Counted from the stretch's first letter, positions 47,771 through 59,857 are shown. The stretch is DNA of 64,000 nt from Antechinus flavipes (GCF_016432865.1 NC_067399.1:3596001-3660000), one strand, 5' to 3'. Notes: a model not told the origin generated them from the sequence alone. Program-made: numbers and translations.

Positions 47771-48301
47771 AGAACATAATAAACCTCCCCAAACACCCCC
47801 AAACAGAGTGAACAAGAGTCCGTTAAGCTCCTACTACGTGCCAGGCACTGGTTATTACTAATCACTTCTGGTGAATCATGGGAACACCGGTCTGCTTCCA
47901 AAAGACCCCCAGGAAGCGGGACCAAAGGGACCGACTGGAGAGGGGGGGAAGAGGGGAGAGGGGCAAAGGCCACTGCTGCTGCCCATTTAAGGCAAAGGAC
48001 GCAGGAAAGAAAAGTCAGTGGGGAGATGCTTAGAAAACAGTGTCTGAGAACAGGCTTGAGCTTCTGGGCCCAGGCTTAAAATGGGGCAGTGACCGTCCCA
48101 GACCAGGGGCAGAGGGACCAGCAAATCCAATCCGAGACACTCTGGGCGAAAAAGGAAGCAGAAGGAAAACATTGCCGGGACCTGGGCCAAGGAGACAGCC
48201 TCCGTGCCTTCTGCTCCCTCCTGCCTTCTTTTCTCTCTTTCTCTTCCCCTCTCCCTCTCTTACTTCTTCTCCCTCTGTCTCTGCCTCTTTCTCTCTGTTT
48301 C

Positions 48302-48524
48302 NNNNNNNNNNNNNNNNNNNNNNNNNNNNNNNNNNNNNNNNNNNNNNNNNNNNNNNNNNNNNNNNNNNNNNNNNNNNNNNNNNNNNNNNNNNNNNNNNNN
48401 NNNNNNNNNNNNNNNNNNNNNNNNNNNNNNNNNNNNNNNNNNNNNNNNNNNNNNNNNNNNNNNNNNNNNNNNNNNNNNNNNNNNNNNNNNNNNNNNNNNN
48501 NNNNNNNNNNNNNNNNNNNNNNNN
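48302..48524. other. Assembly gap (223 N)
   Basis: N run following a CT-rich tract. Confidence 1.
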
Positions 48525-49270
48525 AGCTCCCAACCTAGCAATCATCCTGGGTTCCTCTCTCTCCCCCTCCCCCCTCCCCAATATGGCACTCTGCCTGTTG
48601 AGTCTGCCTTTAACTATTTCTCACGCATTCCCTTTCTTTCCTCTGCCCCTGCCCCCACCCCGGTGCAGACCCTCATTTCCTCACACCTGGGCTGTGGCAG
48701 CTGCTGCTGGGATGGGAAGGAGGGTCTGCCTGCCTCAGTCTCTCCTACCCCCTCCTCCAGTCTATCTTCCACTTGGCCATCAAAGTGACCCATTGTGCCC
48801 CTTCACTAAAGCGCAGTGGCTCCCTATCACTCCCAGGCTGGAATATTCAATGCTCTGCTTAGTTTTTAAGGTCTTCTATGACTTGCCCCCTTCCTTCCTT
48901 CCTCTCCAGTCTTCTCGTACCTTCCCCCTATAGGGCAGGGACCCTGGCCTCCGGCTGCCCTCACACGACCCTCTAGGAGCACTCCACGGGCTCTCCTCCG
49001 CTGGGCAATGCTCTCCGCCCCGTCTCTGTCCCCTGGCTTCCCCAAGTCCCAGCGAAAATCAAAAAGCCTTTCCCATTGCTCCGACCTTAGTGCCTTTCCT
49101 ATGAGGATGTCTCCGATTTATCCCCTCGTAATCTCCTTTATGTGCCCGTTGTCTCTCTGTGCCGATGAGCTGCCTAACAACAGGGACGGGTTGGCCTTTC
49201 TTTGCCTCCGCGATATACAGGGGTGCACTTAGTGTCTACAGTATATACAGTGGCACGCTTAGTATTAATA
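48525..49270 (+). mobile_element. L2 3' portion
   Basis: 'gaccctcatttcctcacacctgg...ctgcctcagtctctcc...cagtggctccctatcactcccagg' ending in a tail-like sequence. Confidence 0.7.
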
Positions 49271-49519
49271 AAATTGATAAATAAATTTAAATGAATAATG
49301 GATGATAAATTGTTGAATTGACTCGATTCAGCCACTCCATTTTTATGCCTTAGAGATCAGAGAAATAGTCCGAGGAGCCACATAGCAGAAGCGCGGCCGA
49401 GCAGCGATCTCCGAGCAAGGTGAGCGGAAGGGAGCGTTCCTCAACGCCCGGACAAAAACTGTTTTACCAATGTGGTGAACGGTTAGCGCGGCATTAGAAA
49501 TGGCGAGGAGGGGACATTT

Positions 49520-49595
49520 GGGGAAGCCGGGGAGATTCGGGGAAGCCGGGGAGATTCGGGGAAGCCGGGGAGATTCGGAGAAGCCGGGGAGACTG
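49520..49595. repeat. 19-bp G-rich tandem repeat, 4 copies (GGGGAAGCCGGGGAGATTC)
   Basis: Units at 49520, 49539, 49558 and 49577. Confidence 0.95.
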
Positions 49596-49854
49596 CGCGC
49601 TGATGGAGGGCGGGGTGCCTAGGACTAGGAGAACGACGCACGAAGCCTGCAGAGGCGCCAAACAATGGCAGCCCGGGCCCCGGGCGCCGACAGGACTCGC
49701 ATCTGGGGCCCTTTAGGGCGGAATAAGACAAATTCTTTTGACCGTGTCCAGTACAGGGTAACGGGTCAGAAGGAGGCAGTGAAATGTTTGCTGAGAATGG
49801 TCCAGAAAGAGCAAGAACAGACGTGCCCCAGGGGAGAGTCGGGAGAGGGGCAAT

Positions 49855-49975
49855 CACGTGCCGGAGATGGGCTCCCACGTGCCGGAGACGGGCTCCCACG
49901 TGCCGGAGACGGGGCTCCCACGTGCCGGAGACGGGCTCCCACGTGCAGGAGACTGGGGGGCTCCCACGTGCTGGA
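49855..49975. repeat. ~21-bp tandem repeat with six CACGTG E-boxes
   Basis: CACGTG at 49855, 49876, 49897, 49919, 49940 and 49965. Unit CACGTGCCGGAGACGGGCTCC. Confidence 0.95.
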
Positions 49976-52239
49976 GACAACGCTGAGTTGGGCCCAGCCC
50001 CAAAGGTCCTCGGGGTTTGTACCGACAGACTTCCTTGAGGGAGGCCAGATTCTCCTCAGCAAAGACCCACGTGGAGGAGGGGGTCCCGACATGGGGGGGG
50101 GGGCCGCCTTCTGCCCCCTTCACCCCCTGCCCTCGTCCCGGAGCTGCTCGGGGAGAGCCCAGGGGCCTTGCCCTGCTCCAGCTCAGAGGCCTCTCCCACG
50201 TTTGCTCGCCGCCTAACCTACAGAATTGCTCCTTGTGCCGTTTGGCGTGGATTGCTGAGCTCGCCAGCTGCCGAGTGCGATGATGGACGGGAGCAGCATT
50301 GGAGGGGAAGGAGCTGAGCCGGCCATGGAGCCTTTGGCCCTCGGGTGGGAGAGAAGACCCGGCTTCCCTTCTGAGCCCAGAAGCTCGGCCTAGACGATCA
50401 CATTGAAGGGGACAGACGGACAGAAATCAGGCCTGATCCACCAAGCCAGATTTGCCCAGAAACCCCTTAAATGTTCACTGGCTGGAATCTGGCCTCCACC
50501 CTGGGGACGTAGACTACAAATGCCTTGTTAGGGAAGGAAGCCGTGGGCAGCAGAGAGGTGGGGAGGGGGAGGCTGGAGTCTGTGCAGTTGGGCTAGAAGG
50601 CTGGGGCCGGAGCAAAGCCCTAGCTCTCTGGGCCACAGTGGGGAGGGGGGGGGGGGAGAGATTGGAGTTATAACAGCTTACTCTAGAACCAATGATCTCA
50701 TTGTCAACCCCACCCCCAGAAGGGATGTCAGAAAAGCCGGTCTCCAAGCCCGGCCTTGCTTTGCACGGCTGTGTGTCTGGAAGCCAGTGTCTTTCCTTCT
50801 CTGATCCCCTCCTTCTGGAACTGAGCTCTCTCCGTGCACTCCCAGATGGGGTCTCTCTGACCTGACGGCTGCCCAGTGTGGACACGGCTTTCCCTGTGCA
50901 GTTGGGACAAGGAAATGCCAATCCCTCCAAACCAGGCCCTGGGTGCGAAGGGGAGGAGGGACGGGAAGAATTCACCCGGGTTCACGTTTCACTTCAGAAT
51001 GAGGGTGGAAACCAAGGAAAAATAAACGCCGTCAATCAGCCCCGCTGTGTAAATAAGCTGCAGAGGAGAAGTCCTCCCGGGGAAAAGGCCGTTGCAAGAA
51101 CCAAACAGCAAATGGGCTCTTGGTTGCCGAGAAAGGGCACAGTGAGACAGCTTGTTTTCCCTGTGTCCCCTGGGCTCTCAGAGGAACAGGGAGACGTCAT
51201 CCCTTCTCCCCCCGAGTCTGGCCAGAGAGGCTCCGGGGCCGGGCTGCCCACGGCAGAGGTCCCCCAGGCTCAACCCCACCTGCTGCAGGGGCCCAGCAAG
51301 TGAGCTCGCATGGCCTTTGACCTTGAAGAACATCCAGCCTCAGAGATCACCTTCAGGCACGGATGAGGAACCTCAGAATCTCAGAGAGCTCAGATAGAGG
51401 CTGGGCCTCCTGAACCTCCAGGGGCTGCCACCAGACTGGGGCCCGTGGCCCCAGAATCTCCCTTCCTGGTCGCTGCTTGTTAGAAAATCGTCTCATCTTC
51501 CCAGACAGACTCGGCTCCTTGGCGGTGGGAGGATCAGAAGATCCTCCCTTCCCTCCTCCCCAGCCCGATCTCTCTCCTCTTCTCACCAGCCCTTAGGACC
51601 CTCTCCTAGAAAGTGCCTGCAAAGGAGAGGCTCTGGTTGTTGTTGTTGCTCAGTCCCCCTCCCCCAGGAGGCCAGCCAAACCTGGCTCCGGGTCTTCTCT
51701 AACCCCCTCACCTCCCACTAAGTCCCCGGGCCTCCCTGATCCATCTCAGCCTCCCAGAGGGAAATCGCCCCTGGTTCTCCCCATCCCTCACAAGTTGGCT
51801 CCCCTACCCTCGGTGGCTGCACAGAGCCCTTGTCCCGCATCAGCTCTTGCCCAGTGTCCACCCTGCAAGCCTCCCCCTTCTGCCTCCTGTGAGCCCTCCA
51901 TTACTGCCGAATCCAGTCGGGGGAAGCCATTCACACATGCCCCTCCTCTCCTCTGCCTCCTGGCGCAGGCCCCGGGACCCGTCTCCCTGAGGTGCCCCTG
52001 GGCCTGACTGCCCGAGTCCTCACTGGCTGGAGGAGAAGCCAGAGGCGACTCTAAATCTACTGATCAGTCCCAGGCTGTTTCCTGTGGCTCCCAAAGCCCG
52101 GCACTCCTCCCAAACAGATCAGGGGCTTGTTGGAGCACACCCCCACCTGGCAAGGGGCGCCAGCTCTGGTTGGCTCCCCAGAGTTTGGCCAGTTCCTGGC
52201 TCTTCTTATGGAGTAGTTAGGGGAACAGCGGGTAGAGCC

Positions 52240-52420
52240 CTGCTCTCAGACACTTATTTATTAGCTGCATGACCCCGGGCAGGCTTCACCCAGTTTGCCT
52301 CAGTTTCCCCATCTGTAAAATGAGCTGGAGAAAAAAATGGCCAACCACTCCAGGATCTCTGCCACGATCTGTCCGCCCTAAATGGGGCCACAGAGAGGGG
52401 GACACGGCTGAACAACAACA
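52240..52420 (+). mobile_element. MAR1-type SINE
   Basis: CORE plus 'gagctggagaaaaaaatggccaaccactccaggatctctgcc...ggctgaacaacaac'. Confidence 0.8.
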
Positions 52421-53284
52421 CAAACCTTGCAAGACTGGGGTAACCCAGATACCCTCATTTAAAATCAAATTATTGGAATGATCGCTCCAGGATTTCCTCG
52501 CTTCCTCTTTCTCCTCAGTCATGGTCATTTGGTGAGCTGAATGGTAAAAAGCCCCTTGCCTGCCAAGGAGGAGGGAGGGATGTCCTGGAGCACGCTCTGA
52601 CCCTCATCCCAGGCTCGCAGGATGCTGGTCAGCTCAGCTCTCCATCGCCACCTGGTGGCTGCCCTCTCCCCCACATCCCTCCTGCCTGCATCCCAGGGTC
52701 CCCCTCCAGGTCCAGCTCTCCTTGTCTGTTAGTTCCGAGCTGCCTTTGCAGGGCAGGACCCGACAGCCATGTCTCAGCCCCACCAATCGGCTCCCATTCC
52801 TTCCCCCCGAAAAGGAGATCACCAGAGTCTCCAAGAGTCTGTGGGCCTATCCCCAGGACACCTTTTCAAACGCCTCAAACACAAGTTCATGGCTAACATA
52901 CAGGGGGAGAACTAGAGCTGCCCTCAAAGCCAGACAGACCTTAGTCTGAATCTGTTCTCTGACAGAGCCTGTCTTGGGACCCGAGGCAAGTAAATCACTT
53001 AACCACCTCAGGGCACCCCTTAGGGAAGAATCAATCCACAGCATCTGTTCACACTCTTCAGGGGAGAGGTACCAGAATAAGCACGGGTGAGACAAGGGAA
53101 AAAGGGGAAAACCCACTAATCATAAGAATGCTCTAACAGGGACACAACAGACAGATGTCTGTGTGCACACACACGTACACGTATGTACAAACATGCATTG
53201 TTCAAGTGGAAGAGAAGGCAGTTTGGTGAGTCAGCAAAGGCTTCCCGCACAAGAGGGTGGCTAAGGTCAATCTTTTTTCCCCTC

Positions 53285-54012
53285 TTTTTTAAAAACTATA
53301 ATTTAATATTTTATGTTCCCTTATTACATGGAAAAATAATTTTAACATTCATTTAAAATTTTTTTTGAGTTCCAAATTCCCTCCTCCCTCTTTCCCCATC
53401 TCATTGAGAAGGCAAACAATTTGGTGTAGGTTCTCCGTGTGCAGTCATGCAAAACATTTCCATATTAGTCATGTTGTGAAAGAAAACACAGACAAAAAAA
53501 GAAAAAGAAAGAAAGTAAAGAAAAAATCTGCTTCCATCTGCATTCAGATGCTTTCTCTCTGGAGGTAGAGAGCACTTCTCATCTTAATCCTTTGGAATTG
53601 TCTTGAATCATTGCATTGAGTTGAAGAGCTAAGTCATTCACAGCTGATGGTCATAAAATATTTCTGTTAATGTGTACGATGTTCTGGTTCTGCTCGTTTC
53701 CCCTTGCATCGGTTCATATAAGTCCTTCCAGTTTTTTTTAATCTGCTTGCTTGTCACTTGTTATAGCAACTAGTATTCCATCACAATTGTGCACCACAAC
53801 TTGTTCAGCCATTCCCCAACGGATGGGCATCCCCTCGATTTCCAACTTTTTGCCAGCACAAAAAGAACTATAAATATTTTTGTACATATGAGTCATTTTC
53901 CTGGTTTTTTTTTTTCATTTTTTATCTCTTTGGGATAGAGACTTAGTAGTGATATTACTAGTTCAAAAGATATACATGGTTTTATAGCCCTTTGATCATG
54001 GTTCCAAATTGA
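53285..54012 (-). mobile_element. L1 3' end (ORF2 tip plus 3' UTR)
   Basis: 'aattttttgagttccaaattccctcc...gtcatgcaaaacatttccatattagtc...ttcagccattccccaacggatgggcatcccc'. Confidence 0.92.
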
Positions 54013-54982
54013 GGTCCTCAGCCAGAGGATGTTGGAGAGGAGACATCAGGAAAACTATAGGAAAGAGAGAAAATCAATTAGGAAGAAAAGGTAGGATCTC
54101 CTTGCTGCAGAGAGGTGGGGGCCATTTGAGATCAGCTAATAATATACTACTCTAACATACATGTGCATCAGCTAACTCACGTGTGCATCAGATCATACGT
54201 GTGCATCAGTTTAGACTCAGCAGAGTTTGAAAACGATTTCTCATTCCAGATGCAAAAGAAGGAAATACCCAGAGTTACAAAAGGCGAAAGACAAGGGATG
54301 GAAATGTTCCTGGTAGATGGTAGGTGAGTGGGTGGATGGATGGGTGGATGGATGAATTAATGATTGAATGAGTTTTAGCACTTATTACTCTAGCAAATCT
54401 CTGTGCTAAGTACTGAAGCACAAACAAAAGCAGAGACAGGGCTTATTCTAACAGGGACAGGACCCAAATACAGAGGATGACTTCCTGGGAGTCAGAGCAT
54501 GGTACAGAGGACAGGGCAGCTGGCACAGCCTAGCAAAGGACCAAGAGAACAAAAATTGTAGGTCATTGTGAGGATGGACTATAGATCAGGAGGAGAAAGA
54601 GGGGGCTGTGAGCGGATAAAGGAAGTTACAAGCTATGGATCCCCAAAGGGAGGAACCCTTAGGGACAGGAGATGGGAAGATGAAGTGTGGGCCAGAGGGA
54701 GGAGGTGGATGTCACTAAGGTGGGAATCGGAAGAAGCATCAGCAGGTCGGGGGACATCTGTAGCTCTGGGGCATGAGCTGCAGTGGAGGAGCTGGGAGCC
54801 AATAACCACGGCGGGTTTGAGCATTCTGAGGGCCACCAAGCATGTCCCATGGGTTAAGTGAGTTTCAGATCTGGCACGAAGCTCCGAGGAGGAGAAGGGA
54901 GCATTTCTTATGCTGCAAGAAGCAGAGAAGGGCCCAGTGTGGGGAGAGGGTGACCATCCTCACAGGATGACATCATAGGTCT

Positions 54983-55092
54983 GGGAAAGGAAAGAGGAAA
55001 GGAAAGGAAAGAGGAAAGGAAAGGAGAGGAAAGAGGAAAGGAGAGGAAAGAGGAAAGGAGAGGAAAGAGGAAAGAGGAAAGAGGAAAGAGGA
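54983..55092. repeat. GGAAA/GAGGAAAG polypurine repeat running into a gap
   Basis: Directly visible. Confidence 0.95.
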
Positions 55093-55295
55093 NNNNNNNN
55101 NNNNNNNNNNNNNNNNNNNNNNNNNNNNNNNNNNNNNNNNNNNNNNNNNNNNNNNNNNNNNNNNNNNNNNNNNNNNNNNNNNNNNNNNNNNNNNNNNNNN
55201 NNNNNNNNNNNNNNNNNNNNNNNNNNNNNNNNNNNNNNNNNNNNNNNNNNNNNNNNNNNNNNNNNNNNNNNNNNNNNNNNNNNNNNNNNNNNNNN
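55093..55295. other. Assembly gap (203 N)
   Basis: N run. Confidence 1.
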
Positions 55296-55848
55296 TTTCA
55301 GACATTATGAATTCTGCCTCAGAATGGATCCACTCTCAGACACTGAGTACCTGTGGCAAGTCATCTACCTTAACTGCCTTTGTTTTTTCCTCTGTAAAAT
55401 GAGTATAATAGCATCTTCCTCAAGGTGTGAGGATCAAATAAGATAGCCCTGAGAAGAGGGCCTGGCACACAGTAGGCATTTAATAAATGTTCATTCCCTT
55501 CCTTCTCCTTCCCCTGTCTTAATTCCAGTTGGCTCAGTAGCCAGTGAAGGGTTAATGAAATGGCCAGAAGCCCGGAAGCCAATGTCCTCCTCGTGTGTGC
55601 TGGCCCATGTCCCTGCTGCACTCTTCCAACAGAACAGAAGTCCCTCCAGGGCAGGCAGGGGCCGTTTCCTCTTTGAATTCCTGTTCACAGAGTCCTCCTA
55701 GAGCCGCCATGGCCGTCATGAGCTTGAATAACAGACCAGGCAGCCCCAGAAGCCTTGCAGAGATCACCAGGCAAGTCCCTTCTCCAAGAGCTTCAGGCTC
55801 CCCCAAGATCAATGAGGATTCTGGGTCAGACCACCTACGACTAGTGAT

Positions 55849-56182
55849 ACTACTACCATTGCCACCATCATCACTACTGCTCCTGAGAGTACTATTACTA
55901 CTGCTGCTGCTATTACTGCTACTAGTACTATTAGTACTACTACTGCTGCTACTATTGCTATTACTGCTGCTGCTATTACTACACTACTATTACTATTATT
56001 ATTACTACTACTATTACTGTTACTACTACTGCTGCTGCTGCTATTACTGCTATTACTATTATTGTTACTACCACTACTACTGTTACTGCTACCACTACTG
56101 TTACTATTGGCTACTGCTACTACTACTATTATTGTTACTACCGCTGCTATTGTTACTGTTGCTGTTGCCCCGGCTGCTGCAG
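55849..56182. repeat. Compound trinucleotide tract (CTA/CTG/TTA/TAC mosaic)
   Basis: Period-3 low-complexity sequence that translates as poly-L/Y/C or poly-S/N/V. Confidence 0.95.
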
Positions 56183-57230
56183 CTCCCAGTGAGAGCCACC
56201 GTCTCCCCAGAGCACTGTACGGTACAAAGTAGCCGCCACCGCTCTCCCTCTCGCTTGGCTCCCGGGAGGAAGGCTCCCCTAGCCTCGTTTCACAGATAAG
56301 GACACAGAGGCAGGTGAAGGCCCGGTCTCTGGCTGAGGACTGCCCTCCTTCAGAGGCTCTGAGTTCGGGTTTCCTGCTCTCCGGGCCCAAGGCGCGGGCT
56401 GCGAGCTCCCGGCTCCTCCCCACCCGTGAGCCCCCCGCCCCCGGGAAGCGCAGGGCTGTGGCCTCGCCGCGTCCTTCAGCCTCACCCCGGAGCCCCTCTC
56501 GGCGCTGCCGGACCCGGCTGGCCAGCCCCCAAGCTCCGGGAGGCAGCGGCCGCGCAATCTGGGCCGGCTTCCTCCCCTTCCGGCGCCGAGCCGGGGCCAA
56601 TCAGCGGCGCGCAGATAAGCTGGGTAAACAGTTCTCCTTTTACTCTCTGGACGCGATAGCGCGAGGTCTGCACAGTCAGGAACCCGGGGGCCGCCGCCGC
56701 CGCCTCCGGCTCTCCTGCTCCGCGCAGATTTCCGCAAGAAAAACAAAGCCGGGCCAAAGGCAAACAGGACGTTTCTGAGCACTGAGGCATTTCTGGCCGC
56801 GGGCCAGCGGAGGCGTCGGGCCCTGCGGAAACCAGAGCCCGGGGCTGCCCGGGAAAGCGAGGGCCAGGGCTCCGTGAGGCCGAGGCTCCGTGGGGCCCCT
56901 GACCCGAAAGCCGCCCGGCTGGGGAGGCCGGGGGCGGCGGCCATTCTCAGCAGAGCCTCCCCCTCCCCCGCCCAGCGGTGCGCAGCGATCGGATCGTTCG
57001 GGGCTGACCTGGGATGCACAGCAGGGAGAGGAGGGCAGGGCCTTCGGGAGAGCATCTGCGGTCCGCCTGTAAACATTTATTAAGTGCCTACTGTGTGCCC
57101 GGCCCTGTGCCGAGTGCTGGAGGTTCAGAGAAAAGCGAAGCCAGCCTCTGGTCACTAGGAGCTCCCGGGCATCCAAAGCCCCGTGCCCGAGGCCGAGGTG
57201 CCCGTGGTGATTATCCGATGATTAACCTCC
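56183..57230. promoter_or_regulatory. CpG island with CCAAT/GATA/FOX/SOX motif cluster
   Basis: The densest CpG stretch by eye. GGCCAATCAG 56595, AGATAAG 56613, GTAAACA 56624, AACAAAG 56742, GCAAACA 56760. Confidence 0.7.
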
Positions 57231-57384
57231 CCCGCCCCACTCCCGGCACAGCCCTGCCCACTGGCAGCCAGTCCCTTAAGGAGCATTTGTACCGACCCAG
57301 AGATGAGGACGCAGCTAGGCTAGCTCTCCAGGGGTCCCCACCCCCTCCAAGGCTGAAGAACAGGTTCCTCCTTAGACTTCTCTG

Positions 57385-57530
57385 ACTCCTTCTCCAGCTC
57401 ATTTTGCAGATGAGGAAACTGAGGCACATAGAGTGAAGTGACTTGACAGGATCACACAGCCAAGAAGTGTATGAGGAAGTGAGTCTGAAAGGGCCCAGCA
57501 TCCCCATTTCCATCTGAGTAGGACACAAGA
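57385..57530 (-). mobile_element. MAR1/MIR-type SINE fragment
   Basis: 'ctccagctcattttgcagatgaggaaactgaggcac...aagtgacttgacaggatcacacagc'. Confidence 0.8.
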
Positions 57531-59279
57531 CATTCAATTCAACTCAGGATGTGCTGGGGACGAACCACAGGGGGCTGAAGGACAATCCGAGAAGAGCCCC
57601 TGAGCTTAGTGGGAGGGGCCTCCCAGAAGGTGAGAGCAGAGTGTCTCCCTCTGCCTGGGAATCCCTTCCCCCACACACATCCTCAAAGGAGGTTTCTAGT
57701 TTCCCAAAGAGAACATGGTCTGTTCCCCCCCAGCCCAACTCAGGGCCCACTGTCCAGTGAGTCCATTCCCAGGGTCTGCCTGAGCTGTCTGCCGAGAAGG
57801 GCGGAAAAGGACAAACTGAGCAGGCGCCGTGGACCCTTGGGTCCCAGCCGGACAGTAACCTTCGGCATCCCCTTGAAGGTTCCTGTTGGAATGATCAGAG
57901 CAGACTCCTCGGAGTCACGGATGCCATCCAGCCGTCTGCAATGTTCTGGCTGAGATGAGGTCCAGGCCCAAAGCTGATCAGTGAATCAACAAGCTGCATT
58001 CATTAAGCACCTACTGGTTACCAAGCACTGGGCGAGGCGCCTGGGAATACAAAGATCAAAATGAAACACTCCTATCCTCAAGGAGGTGAGATTCTATTGG
58101 CTGAGGTGAGAAAGAAGCCGGTCCACAGAACCTTGGGAAGTCCCCGGGTAGAACGGGAAACAGAAGGGATCGGAACGGGGAGGCAGTGGGGGCCGCAATA
58201 GCCAGGAAGGATCGGCTGCCCCATCCCTTGGCCCAGAATTGACAAGATTTGAAGATTTAGGACTGGATGCAACATTGGATACAATCCAGTCCATTTTACA
58301 GATGAGGATGCCGAGTCCCAGTGGGCGGGGCAGCCCAAGAAAATGGCGAAGAAGTCCATTGGTCCAAACTGGCAACAAAAGAGCTTGCAGAAAGGTCTTC
58401 ATGGGACTGAAGGCGGGGGAGGCAGCTCCCCTTGGGAGGGAGGTGACTCCGCTCAGTGAAACCAGGATTCACCTAAGTGGGGGGCGAGGGGGGGAGGGGC
58501 TGGTCTCAGAAGTGGCCAGGCTGGTGCAGCCTCACACCCACACAAGGAAACGCCCATGAAAGAAGACCACGTTGGGGGGCCGGGGGGGCCTGGGGGTCCA
58601 CGCTCCGAATTTGCAGAGCAGGAGGCTCTCCCCCTCCCTGAGAACCACCTGCACCTTGTGCTCAGAAGAGGACCTTAGTAGGGCGGCTGGGCTGGAGGAG
58701 GGGCGGGGTTCACTGGGAATGGCAAACAGACCTGCCCCCCCCCCCACCATGCGGGAGAGGAAGCCCACAATCAGGGGAACATTATTTCCTTTCATTTCCC
58801 CTGATCTCCTCCCAGAGCCAAGGCAGGGCCCGCTCGGGCTGTCAAGGATGATGAATCTCTGGGAGGACGGCCTGATTTCCAATAACGGAGCGCTGTCTGA
58901 AACAGTTTTCAGAGGAATGCGGCCATCTCCGCTCATTTGGTCAGGAAGCCGAGTCCAGAGGCTCTCGGCTGATGGGACCGGAGATAGCCCAGAGCCTCCG
59001 CTTACAGAAACCCCGCCGCGAGCACTGGGGGCTGCAGACAACAGGGAAACCCCAGCTGAGTCCTGAAGCTCACCGTCTATAAAGGACGTAAAGCTTCTCA
59101 CAGTGAGCTGTCCCATCTGTAAAATGGGACACCCAACAACTCTGCCCCAAGAGCACAAGGCTATTCCACAGGGACTGCGGGATCTGGCCTGAGCTCTCCA
59201 GTTAGTGAGTGGTCAGCCAATCAATGGCCGTGACCCATGGAGAGCCTTCTTAGCCCAGCACCGATGGACATAGGAGTCT

Positions 59280-59850
59280 GTGAATGAGCATTTATTTAGC
59301 ACTTACTGTATGCCAGACACTAAAGCAAAAGCACAGTCCTTACTTCAAGGAGCTCTGGGTTTGAATGNNNNNNNNNNNNNNNNNNNNNNNNNNNNNNNNN
59401 NNNNNNNNNNNNNNNNNNNNNNNNNNNNNNNNNNNNNNNNNNNNNNNNNNNNNNNNNNNNNNNNNNNNNNNNNNNNNNNNNNNNNNNNNNNNNNNNNNNN
59501 NNNNNNNNNNNNNNNNNNNNNNNNNNNNGGAGAGTAAGAAGAAGTAAGAAGGAGAGTAAGGGATGTCAGAAAGGGTCTCGGAAAGCAGGAATGATTTGAG
59601 GTGTCTTGGATGAAATCAGAAAGGCCTGAAGGAGAAAGTGATGAGGACTTCATTCCAGACCCAGGGGACAGCTAGTGAAGATGCAGGTCAGGGTACAGAG
59701 AGATTTTTTCCCCAGGATAGCCTGGAGGCCAGTGTCACTGGATTGGAGAGTGTATGTTGGACAGTGAGGTGTAAGGACACTAGGAAAGGGTAGGTGATGG
59801 AGGACTTTGAATGCCAAGGAACTTGATGCTTGGTCCTGGAGACCATGGAA
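59280..59850 (-). mobile_element. L2 3' portion spanning a gap
   Basis: 'tgaatgagcatttatttagcacttactgtatgccagacac' and 'gaggccagtgtcactggattggagag...actttgaatgcc'. Confidence 0.75.
59368..59528. other. Assembly gap (161 N)
   Basis: N run. Confidence 1.
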
Positions 59851-59854
59851 GGAA

Positions 59855-59857
<3 letters not shown>

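Noticed and set aside
48030-48933. ORFs up to 297 aa containing X runs (also at 54973 and 59280-59653)
   Set aside because: Artefacts of reading through N gaps.
49483-50216. 165- and 183-aa ORFs with SPARGS/RAGDG repeats
   Set aside because: Driven by the 19-bp and 21-bp tandem repeats.
55595-56600. Long ORFs 55595-56299 (+, 234 aa) and 55809-56600 (-, 263 aa)
   Set aside because: Open only because of the triplet mosaic and GC-rich DNA. They give homopolymeric peptides and no recognisable domain.
56279-57176. 265-aa and other overlapping Arg/Gly/Pro/Ala-rich ORFs
   Set aside because: Expected in a CpG island with few stop codons. All six frames are similarly open and there is no homology.
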